Source: Clostridia bacterium
Lineage (GTDB): Bacteria; Bacillota; Clostridia; RGIG6154
Length of the DNA stretch: 64,000 nucleotides
Direction of reading: 5' to 3'
NCBI GenBank assembly: GCA_017410375.1
Contig: JAFQQW010000051.1
Coordinates: 12,524 to 76,523, forward strand
Shown here in pieces: positions 55,921 to 64,000 of this stretch (within the stretch, counting starts at the first letter, position 1; every line of letters starts with the position of its first letter). Made by a program: the position numbers and the translations under genes. Below the pieces are notes generated by a model that did not search any database, was not told the DNA's origin, and saw nothing but the letters and a program-made list of their open reading frames with translations.

Positions 55921-55933
55921 CGGAATTCCCTCC

Positions 55934-58507
55934 TTACTCTACTGTATATGAAAACATCTGCGGTGTTCCGGTCAGTACACCATTTGAAGTTTCTACCCAT
56001 TTACCGACCGTTACCATAACTTTATCTCCACTCTTTAATGCTTCGGAAACCTTAAAGCTTATTATGTCTGTCTGTATATCCGTTGCAGAAAGCGGTTTGT
56101 CGTTTACGGATGCAGTAATATATTTCAACGTTTCATTTTTTATGCTTTCATCAAATGCAATTTTAATTTCTTCATCACCGTTTTTCGGAATTTGTGGCAA
56201 AACAAACGGAGCATCTGTGTACCTTGCCAGGATAAAATCATCAATATAGGTTATAGAGCTTCCCTTGGTATCAGGGGTAAGAGACATACGCAAGCGGACT
56301 TTGTTAAGTCCCGGCTCCGCCTCGCCCGTACCGTCCCAGGGGAAGGTAGAATTGTTATATGGAATGTCTTTTGCAACGGCAACACCGTCAAGATATAAGG
56401 TATACACTTCTCTTTCAGCATCAAAATCCGCTGCTACATGTATCCATTTCTTTTGCGCATAGCTTCCGCAACGAATCGCTTCATTGCCCATTCCGTAATA
56501 GTACACACCGCCGTCACCGGTGAAGAAGAATAAACGCATTCTTCTTTCGCCGCGCATATGTACCCAGGAATAAAATTGAGAATCAAAAGTTTTGTAGTCT
56601 TTAGAGAGATTATCACTTTCTATATACAAATTCATTTCCAGGCGCATTTTTTTACTTGTTTCATAACCAAGCGGAAAAGGCTTCGTGTCAAAATGCCCTG
56701 CCGTAGTAGATTTTTCCGCCCGAATTGCAACCGCCATATCCTTTGCACCATCTTTAACCTGCTTTTCGGTAAAGGGAATTTCGTATAAATTTTTGCCAGC
56801 AGGCGCAGGCGAAACCGCAAGATATGTGGTCGTACCGCCCGGTACAAAATACCACCCTAAGTGCGAGAATTTATCTGCACCGTTGTTGTAAATCTCTTCG
56901 TTTTTTTGATTAAAATTGTTTTTATAAGTCACAAACGGATCGGTTGCAGCAATAGGCTGATAGCCTGTATGCTTTCTTACTGTGTAACCGCACTTTTGCA
57001 TCAGGTTGTAAATCATGCATGCCGCCTCAGCTCGGGTTGCGGTACTGTGCGGTGCAAAGCTTCCGTCAGACATTCCGTTAATAACACCGCCTGCAGTCAA
57101 AGCATCCACTGCATCCTTTGCATAATCCGAAATTGTATTGCCGTCCGTAAAGATTTTGGGTGTTCCGTTTGTCTGATAACCAAGGAGCTGACCGGCACGG
57201 TAAATCATAGTCGCCATCTGCTCACGGGTGATTGGCTGTCCGACACCAAACGCCGTTTTGGAAACCCCGTTTACAATTCCGCTGTCCTTTGCCATCGCAA
57301 CATACGGAGCATACCATTCATTGCTTTTAACATCTGAAAAACCGGAGTCGGTCATCTGCTCACCATCCCCCAGCATTGCCATAATCATTTTTGCAAACTG
57401 TTCTCTGGTCACCTGACCGTTCGGCTGAAAAACGCCGTCATTCACACCGTTTACAATACCCGCCTCATATAAAGCATTCACACTTGCAGATGCCCAGTCC
57501 GTCTCGGTAAAAACATCTTCAAAAATGATTTTTTTATCCGAATTTTTATGGATTTCCCGCTCAAATGCAACTAAAAAACTTTCTGAATTAAAGGTTTTGC
57601 CCGCCAGTGCCATGCCGATTGCTTCGGGTGTTTTTGTATACGCATCCATATTAAGCGAAAGCAAAGGTGCCATCACTTTTATAGCTCTGTCCACATCAAA
57701 CCAGCCTTTTGCATTTGCGATTACAGAGAGACAAATCTCTATATCAAAAGCCTGATGAGCGGTCTCACCGTTTTCAAAATTCCTTCCGTTTAACAAAAGT
57801 CCGATTTGCTTTAGGTCAATCTGCTCCGAAAATTCCTTGTACGCCTCACTTTCCGAAAGCCCTGTATTTTCACCGTAAATGCCGGTTACCAGGTCGGCAA
57901 AATCCCCGGGATAAAACGCAATTGCCACCGCAACGGAAGCACTCTGAAAAACATCCCGTGCTTCATAAAGGTTATTCACCGTTTTTCCACCCAATGCCGT
58001 AAATTTTTCAATCACCACATTTTTAGAAGCATCAGGCAGAGTGCTATACAACACAAAATCGAAATTCCATTCTGTGCCGTGCTTTTCAATGATTCTTCGT
58101 GTATCTTCCGGCGAAACGGTCTCTTTCAACACGGCAAAATCACCGGTTAAATCGGATGTGCTTTTATACTCCGCAGAAATTGTCTGTTTCTGCCCACTCT
58201 CGTAAAAGAACTGCACCGGATAAGTGCCGGTTTCCATGGAATCATGTGCAGTAAATGCAACAGAAAACACACCGTTTTCATCAGCTATAACCTGCTTTTG
58301 GAATACAATATCCGATAAATCAGACGCCTCGCTTATACCGGGCTTTAGCATCTGCACCGTAACATTTTGTCCGCCACATGGTGCTATGCCTGAAATTTCT
58401 ATTCTGTTTCCACCGTTCTTAACAAGCACATCCACCTTTTCGTCTGCCGCAAAAACGGGCTGTGCCAGCATCAAAAATACAAGCAATAACGAAATTACTT
58501 TTTTCAT
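55934..58507 (-). CDS. Secreted SLH-domain cell-surface protein
   Basis: Signal peptide MKKVISLLLVFLMLAQPVFA. Three consecutive SLH repeats are encoded at nt 56993-57526 (FEDVFTETDWASASVNALYEAGIVNG, FSDVKSNEWYAPYVAMAKDSGIVNG, FTDGNTISDYAKDAVDALTAGGVING), followed by a LamG-like domain and an Ig-like domain. Confidence 0.8.
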   Translation of the reverse strand: MKKVISLLLVFLMLAQPVFAADEKVDVLVKNGGNRIEISGIAPCGGQNVTVQMLKPGISEASDLSDIVFQKQVIADENGVFSVAFTAHDSMETGTYPVQFFYESGQKQTISAEYKSTSDLTGDFAVLKETVSPEDTRRIIEKHGTEWNFDFVLYSTLPDASKNVVIEKFTALGGKTVNNLYEARDVFQSASVAVAIAFYPGDFADLVTGIYGENTGLSESEAYKEFSEQIDLKQIGLLLNGRNFENGETAHQAFDIEICLSVIANAKGWFDVDRAIKVMAPLLSLNMDAYTKTPEAIGMALAGKTFNSESFLVAFEREIHKNSDKKIIFEDVFTETDWASASVNALYEAGIVNGVNDGVFQPNGQVTREQFAKMIMAMLGDGEQMTDSGFSDVKSNEWYAPYVAMAKDSGIVNGVSKTAFGVGQPITREQMATMIYRAGQLLGYQTNGTPKIFTDGNTISDYAKDAVDALTAGGVINGMSDGSFAPHSTATRAEAACMIYNLMQKCGYTVRKHTGYQPIAATDPFVTYKNNFNQKNEEIYNNGADKFSHLGWYFVPGGTTTYLAVSPAPAGKNLYEIPFTEKQVKDGAKDMAVAIRAEKSTTAGHFDTKPFPLGYETSKKMRLEMNLYIESDNLSKDYKTFDSQFYSWVHMRGERRMRLFFFTGDGGVYYYGMGNEAIRCGSYAQKKWIHVAADFDAEREVYTLYLDGVAVAKDIPYNNSTFPWDGTGEAEPGLNKVRLRMSLTPDTKGSSITYIDDFILARYTDAPFVLPQIPKNGDEEIKIAFDESIKNETLKYITASVNDKPLSATDIQTDIISFKVSEALKSGDKVMVTVGKWVETSNGVLTGTPQMFSYTVE

Positions 58508-58533
58508 ACACACGCATCCTTTCTATCTGCTTT

Positions 58534-61500
58534 TCAGTTACATTCTACCGCTTCAAACAGTGGTTTTAATGAAGAGCCTTTGTTTACATCGCATTCCCAT
58601 ACAAACATCCTCTGATTTTCTTCAAGTATATATTTTTTACTGTTATTTACACTCACAATAACTTTATCGGCTTCTATATCTTTCATTATACCATTCTTAT
58701 ATGTTGCAATCAATACAAAGCAACAACAAGCTCCGTCATTTGTAAGTGTATATGTGTTGCCATTACGTATCAGCTGCAACCCTTTTTTACCGCTTGCGTT
58801 GGAAATATAAAGGTTTTCCCATTCATATGTCTTTAGTGCGCTGTTTGTTGTATTAACCAATCCCTGTTGTTCACCTACATACACACCGTTTACATATTCA
58901 GCCGTATTTGTACTGATTGAAATGCCGTCCACCGAAAAATCCAGACGGTCATCTTTATCTGAATTTATCGCACTGTTGACAATAGGTACATTGTCAAACA
59001 GCACATACCCCGACTCAACTACATCGGCTGTTGACGCATTATCCTTCACCTCAAGGTAACCGCTTAAATAACAACCGACTAACGCGTCATTTGCTGTAAC
59101 ATCTATCGGGATACTGCCTAAATCTTCATTGAGAATACAGTATTTGCTTTTACCTGCTGTAAGAGGCGAGGTCACTCTGCCCATAGCATAAAGTACGGAA
59201 AGAGATATCGGCTCAAAACTGTATTTATCGCCTGTTTCAAGCTCGATTGCCTGTGGTGCAATTGTGTATTCTTTGTCAAGCGTTCTGCTTTCAGTCAGAT
59301 ATTCGGTTTCCACATTAAATACAATTTTCTTGTTTCTATCAGAAACAGGGATGAAAAATTCGTACGGAAATTTGTCATCCACAACGGTTGAAATTTCATC
59401 TTCTCCCTCAAAATGCCATTTAAGTGTTGCTTTCACAATTCCGTTTTCACCATCACCACCGCCAACGGAAGCAATACCTTTATCATTTGTAAACGGATAC
59501 TGCTCAACAGACCGACCTCCCACAAAGATATACCCCATGTAGCTGCTTGGTTCGAGGGAAAGAGCGTACGCCTTTACATCATAGCCTTTATCGGTGTCAT
59601 AGCTGAAGCTGTAATTTCCGCTTGCATTTACGGTATAGCTTTGTGTGTATGTGTTTCCCTCATACATAAGACCTAAAGCGGTATTTTCTAAATTTGTTTG
59701 TGCCGTTTCATCGAATTTAATTTTTGCATATTCCGGAATATGAATGCCCGTACCACTTACTGCAACTGTTGCAATTCCTTTTTGGGAAATTGTAAGGGTA
59801 AGTTTGTTTTCGGCAACAATTGCCTCTGTTGTGTTTCCTGCTTTATCGTACACAGTCGCACTTGCACCCTCTTTGATACCAAGGTCGGTATTAAAAGTTA
59901 CGGTTACCGTTTCGTCACTATCTCCTGCATTGGTCAGCACGAATGCTGCTCTACCCTCGCTTCTGCCTGCAATCCAATCAATCTGCTTGGAAGAAACTTC
60001 TATCGTTCCTTCTTTTAGCCATGGCCACATTTGGTTTTCATCGTAAATTACGCCGGGTGCATGCCCGTATATCCTGTTGTTGAACCACGCATATCCTTGT
60101 GCTCTGGTGGTTGGAAAATCAACTTTTCCGTCGGATTTTACATACGCATTGGAAAAGAGATAATCATGAATTGCAGATAAGAACACAGGGATATGATGAA
60201 AATACAGACTTGTGGAGTCGAATGCTTCTGTAGGATAATTTTCAATTCCCGGAAGCATTGTATAATTTGAATAATAGTAACCGGGATAATTTGCAAATCT
60301 TCCTACCAATGAGGCGCGCGCCAAATCCATCATAAGTGTATCATCTGAAAGATACCCGAGTCTTAAGACATCTCCCGCCCATGTAGACAGGAAAATATTT
60401 CTTCCCTCTCTGCATGTAGAAAAGCGCTCTAATCCAAGTCCTGTTCTTGCAGTTACCCATGCAGGATATGCATCTTTTACATTTCTTACATTCAGATAAC
60501 CTTCTTCGTAACCCACAACATTGTATTCTGTATAGTCAGCACCATTTTCAAAAACGTTAGTACCTGTAGGCTCCATACATGCACCTCTGCGGTATCTTCT
60601 ATCACCCATAGACCACGCAGATGTTCTGTCTCGTTTATCCTGTGCAACCAGTTGCTCTGTTTTTTCAACGCGCATTTCCTCTTTGCTCTCCGGCATATCG
60701 GTTATACGGAGTGTTGGCAAAAATCGCCTTGCACCTTCCACTGCACCCTTTAAATACTTTTCGTCTCCCATAAACGCATAGGCATCAAGCTGTGCCTGGA
60801 ACTGCGGCGAGTATCCTGTACTCAAAAAAGCCTCCACATCAGGACCGCTTTCACTCGAAAGAAAAGCTCTTTTTTCTAAATATTCATCTGCGTTTTTCAC
60901 AGAAAGCGGATAATCGGAAGAATTGTTTGCGTGCTCATACCAAAAATAGTCAGTGGTATTTTTTAAATTTAAGCCTGCTGATTCCACCTCAGTGTTCATA
61001 AATCTGCTTTTCGCAATTTCTCTGTATATTGGCATCTGTCCGCGACTTAAAAGATATGCCCCCTCAAAGGTTGCGTTACCCATCGTAGCCTGCGTATAGG
61101 AAAGTTCTTTGTTTATAGGACCTTCCGATTGATTTTCAATAGAAAAGCCATTATGCATGTGACTGCCTCTTGTGAGCATATATGCCATGGAAGGAAGAGT
61201 TCGTCGCATTAAAAGGTCTTCATCCTCCGTAAGCATATAGCCTTGCAAATATACGAGACCGTTTGCATTTGTTGCCCAGGCAGAATCTTCTATGTTATAG
61301 TGGGCAAGCATATCAGAATCCCACCCGCTTGCTTCATCATCTTTCAAAAGATTCAGTATATTAAATGCCGCATCGGTCATAGAGGAATAATAATTATCGC
61401 GGTAATCATATACACCTCTTAAATCTTTTGCAACATGGCTGTAAGCATCATACCAACCCTGATTTTCTCCTTCTGCGGACACAACAGACAACGGTCTGTA

Positions 61501-63519
61501 AGAAAAAGTATATGTATCTCCCGTCTTAAAAGCAGAATCTATACTTGACATTTTCGGTGCAAAAACAGCAGGTAATACACCGCCGCCTTTTCCGGTAATA
61601 TTCATTACAAAATCTGCATTTTCATCGGTATAATCCAATGTAATCTGTTTATATGTGCCATCCTCCAGCAAATCTTCCTTCCATGTACTTTCAAAGGTGT
61701 ATCCTGTTGCGTCGTGCGGCCATCTGCCGGCTTCATAAGGAGAACCTTCCACGGGTACTGTTAAATCAATAGAAGATTGATCAACCGCAACACCAACCGT
61801 AATTTCCTGACCGCTTTCATTCATTTTGTAGGTCATTTGTGTATGGTCTGTGGTCGAATTGGTTTCGGTAATTGTAACGCCAGGTTCAGGCATTCTTTTT
61901 TCCTGCCATCTGAACGGATTTAAAACATAGCCTACCTTTTGTTTATCAATTTCACGAACATCATTGAAAAATCCGAAGGATAGTTCGCCATCTTTTTTAG
62001 CCGTTGCTGTAACAGTTACTTTGGGCTCTAAATCGTTTTCATCTAAAGTCCACACAGCAACTAACGATGCATATGTGCCCTCCGCAGTCATACGAACTGT
62101 TTTTTCATCCACTTGCTCTAACGTTTTCGGAATCAGCCATTCGGGGATGCCTGAACGAAATACGTTTTGTGTCGCAGACGTATAAAGCTCACCGTCTTCA
62201 TCAAAGAATTCTGTATAAAAATTTGCGTAATAATTAGAGCCCTGATAATTGATTGCGCGATTTGCATAAAGTGACATAAAACCAAGTCCGCTTTCGTACG
62301 GAACGGTTATTAAGCCTTGTGTTTCGATTTCTCGTTGTACCGCCGTGTTTCCGTTATTTAAAACACCTTTTCTGAATTGTATGGTTGTGTTCTCATTATG
62401 TAAAACAGCGGTATTTAAAATTTCGTCCATTTCACCCAAGTATTCTTTTGGGAACGGGACTTTTTCGCTGTATGGAATTTTCGGTAAAATACGGTTTGCC
62501 AATTCAATTTCGTGACTTGCCGCAGCATTGGTATCAAAATTTTCATTCTGTGTAAGAATGATTGCATCAAACCTCGCATAAGTGGCATCTGCAACCATTT
62601 CAAGTGTAAATGTACCATCATTTCCCACCGTAACCGTTTCCGCCGGATATGACATTTTCTCCCAGGCAAAAATCGGTGTGGACTTTGCGGAATCATCAAC
62701 CTTGTTTTCAAACTCTGTACCTACAAGATGTGTGCCAAACCATTCTGCCTTTTCCGTTTCAGCATCATACCCTTTGTAGCAGAGCTTGTCATTAAAGCGA
62801 ATGGCAAACTTACGCTTACCTGTGTTATAGTTATAATCCACAGAATGGACATACACATAATACTCGCCCGGCTCAATGCCTACGGCTTTTATAATTGCAT
62901 TTCCATCATTCAGATTCCTTGAAACCAGTGCCTGATTTTTGTATGCACCAATTTTTAAGTCTTCGGTTGACCTGTTCCAACCTCCAAGCACAGAAAAATC
63001 CTCCGGCAAAATGCTATAAGTCGCTTCTCCACCCGACACAAATTTTATATCGGTCAATCTGTTTTTACCCGAACCTTTACCGATTATATTTACAAATTCA
63101 TCTTTATCTGCGTAGAAAAAGGCACTTCCTGCCGGTACCCACTCTCCGCCGTTTCCTTCAGCAACTCTGATTTGCACCGTGCTTGTTTTACCATCTGCAT
63201 TTATAATTTCAACGGTCGCACAGCAATCAATATCCTCTGTATATCCGCTGCTGTATTGCGGAACCCAGTAGTAAAGTGTTGTCCAGCCGCTTATATCTTC
63301 GGGAACCTTGAATTTCGCAGCACCCGAACCTGTCGGTGCCATAGTAATTCCGTCCTGTCTTTTTAACCCGGAAGTACCTGTCCAACCGGAAAATTCAACA
63401 CAGGTTTCTTCTGTTGGCGTAACTATAATGCCGTCCGAATTCTGTGCAGAAACCGGCATTGTAAATACAGATACTATCATTACAACAGCAATCAGCCATG
63501 AGATTTTCCGTTTTTCCAT
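58534..63519 (-). CDS. Giant secreted multidomain protein, paralog 3 of 3
   Basis: 1661 aa with signal peptide MEKRKISWLIAVVMIVSVFTMPVSA and an AAGGAGG SD. It starts 19 nt after the upstream BNR gene. Collinear with paralog 2 (see that entry). Confidence 0.85.
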   Translation of the reverse strand: MEKRKISWLIAVVMIVSVFTMPVSAQNSDGIIVTPTEETCVEFSGWTGTSGLKRQDGITMAPTGSGAAKFKVPEDISGWTTLYYWVPQYSSGYTEDIDCCATVEIINADGKTSTVQIRVAEGNGGEWVPAGSAFFYADKDEFVNIIGKGSGKNRLTDIKFVSGGEATYSILPEDFSVLGGWNRSTEDLKIGAYKNQALVSRNLNDGNAIIKAVGIEPGEYYVYVHSVDYNYNTGKRKFAIRFNDKLCYKGYDAETEKAEWFGTHLVGTEFENKVDDSAKSTPIFAWEKMSYPAETVTVGNDGTFTLEMVADATYARFDAIILTQNENFDTNAAASHEIELANRILPKIPYSEKVPFPKEYLGEMDEILNTAVLHNENTTIQFRKGVLNNGNTAVQREIETQGLITVPYESGLGFMSLYANRAINYQGSNYYANFYTEFFDEDGELYTSATQNVFRSGIPEWLIPKTLEQVDEKTVRMTAEGTYASLVAVWTLDENDLEPKVTVTATAKKDGELSFGFFNDVREIDKQKVGYVLNPFRWQEKRMPEPGVTITETNSTTDHTQMTYKMNESGQEITVGVAVDQSSIDLTVPVEGSPYEAGRWPHDATGYTFESTWKEDLLEDGTYKQITLDYTDENADFVMNITGKGGGVLPAVFAPKMSSIDSAFKTGDTYTFSYRPLSVVSAEGENQGWYDAYSHVAKDLRGVYDYRDNYYSSMTDAAFNILNLLKDDEASGWDSDMLAHYNIEDSAWATNANGLVYLQGYMLTEDEDLLMRRTLPSMAYMLTRGSHMHNGFSIENQSEGPINKELSYTQATMGNATFEGAYLLSRGQMPIYREIAKSRFMNTEVESAGLNLKNTTDYFWYEHANNSSDYPLSVKNADEYLEKRAFLSSESGPDVEAFLSTGYSPQFQAQLDAYAFMGDEKYLKGAVEGARRFLPTLRITDMPESKEEMRVEKTEQLVAQDKRDRTSAWSMGDRRYRRGACMEPTGTNVFENGADYTEYNVVGYEEGYLNVRNVKDAYPAWVTARTGLGLERFSTCREGRNIFLSTWAGDVLRLGYLSDDTLMMDLARASLVGRFANYPGYYYSNYTMLPGIENYPTEAFDSTSLYFHHIPVFLSAIHDYLFSNAYVKSDGKVDFPTTRAQGYAWFNNRIYGHAPGVIYDENQMWPWLKEGTIEVSSKQIDWIAGRSEGRAAFVLTNAGDSDETVTVTFNTDLGIKEGASATVYDKAGNTTEAIVAENKLTLTISQKGIATVAVSGTGIHIPEYAKIKFDETAQTNLENTALGLMYEGNTYTQSYTVNASGNYSFSYDTDKGYDVKAYALSLEPSSYMGYIFVGGRSVEQYPFTNDKGIASVGGGDGENGIVKATLKWHFEGEDEISTVVDDKFPYEFFIPVSDRNKKIVFNVETEYLTESRTLDKEYTIAPQAIELETGDKYSFEPISLSVLYAMGRVTSPLTAGKSKYCILNEDLGSIPIDVTANDALVGCYLSGYLEVKDNASTADVVESGYVLFDNVPIVNSAINSDKDDRLDFSVDGISISTNTAEYVNGVYVGEQQGLVNTTNSALKTYEWENLYISNASGKKGLQLIRNGNTYTLTNDGACCCFVLIATYKNGIMKDIEADKVIVSVNNSKKYILEENQRMFVWECDVNKGSSLKPLFEAVECN

Positions 63520-63538
63520 CCGTTTTCCTCCTTATTGT

Positions 63539-64000
63539 TTAAGGCTTACTTACAATTTTTACTTCGATCGTTCTATCATTCATGATATCCTCTTCCGTAA
63601 AAGAACAAAAGAGAATTTCTTTTTCTTCCGTTCTGCCGTGGTCAAATACCAAATAAATTTTACCATCGTAAAAATCCACGTCCGGATAGGAAGAATTTTC
63701 TTCATAAATACATTTTTTGTATTTAAATGTCTTGCCGTCATCTTCGGAAAGATATACAGTCATAAGAATTCTCTTATCTTTACAATCGTTATTTACAAGT
63801 AAAATTCTCCCTGACGGTGTTCTTGCAATAAAAAATCTTGTATTGGGATTTTCTATATCTGTAAGCTTGGTTTCTGACCAGGTTTTGCCACCGTCTTCCG
63901 ACACAGTTTCCGCAAGATAGCCGGTGGTGTTTCGTGCGAGCATATGTAAAGAACCGTCTTTTCGCTCATACACCATGGTTTCGTCACAAGGCGTTTCAAT
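63539..64000 (-). CDS. BNR/Asp-box sialidase-superfamily protein (N-terminus outside window)
   Basis: Asp-boxes SEDGGKTWS and SEDDGKTF. The frame stays open upstream of the listed Met to the window edge. Confidence 0.65.
   Translation of the reverse strand: METPCDETMVYERKDGSLHMLARNTTGYLAETVSEDGGKTWSETKLTDIENPNTRFFIARTPSGRILLVNNDCKDKRILMTVYLSEDDGKTFKYKKCIYEENSSYPDVDFYDGKIYLVFDHGRTEEKEILFCSFTEEDIMNDRTIEVKIVSKP

Overview
This window is a 64-kb chromosomal glycan-utilisation island. The host looks like a low-GC Gram-positive (Bacillota/Clostridia-like), judged from GGAGG-type ribosome-binding sites, many TTGACA-17-TATAAT promoters, and SLH and copper-amine-oxidase-N-like surface domains. There are about 40 genes. 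I saw no rRNA, tRNA, CRISPR array, transposase or integrase. Content: (i) A minus-strand amino-sugar operon runs Gfo/Idh/MocA oxidoreductase, nagA, nagB, a 706-aa unknown, a DMT permease and an esterase, followed by BNR/sialidase-like and DUF3795 genes. It faces a divergent AraC regulator. (ii) Exo-glycosidase candidates without signal peptides include GH20, GH36, GH2, a GHL6-like protein, two DUF4838-like paralogs, several clan GH-A-like TIM barrels and a UxuA-like dehydratase. (iii) Three giant secreted paralogs (1661-1774 aa) share a roughly 1000-aa core that I cannot assign to any enzyme family. One of them sits in an operon with an SLH-anchored protein, a LamG-like secreted protein and a beta-helix glycosidase. 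(iv) Five AraC-type regulators and one IclR-type regulator are arranged as repeated 'enzyme operon (-) / regulator (+)' modules. Three of these modules are closed by copies of a 190-240-bp composite repeat made of a 20-bp iteron-like array plus back-to-back terminators. Other oddities: an AraC gene is bracketed by inverted copies of its own promoter. A tandem 102/103-bp structured repeat precedes the GH2 gene, which itself sits between two remnants of a beta-lactamase-family gene whose neighbouring paralog is frameshifted. One module is visibly AT-rich. All family calls come from motif recognition by eye, not from database searches.
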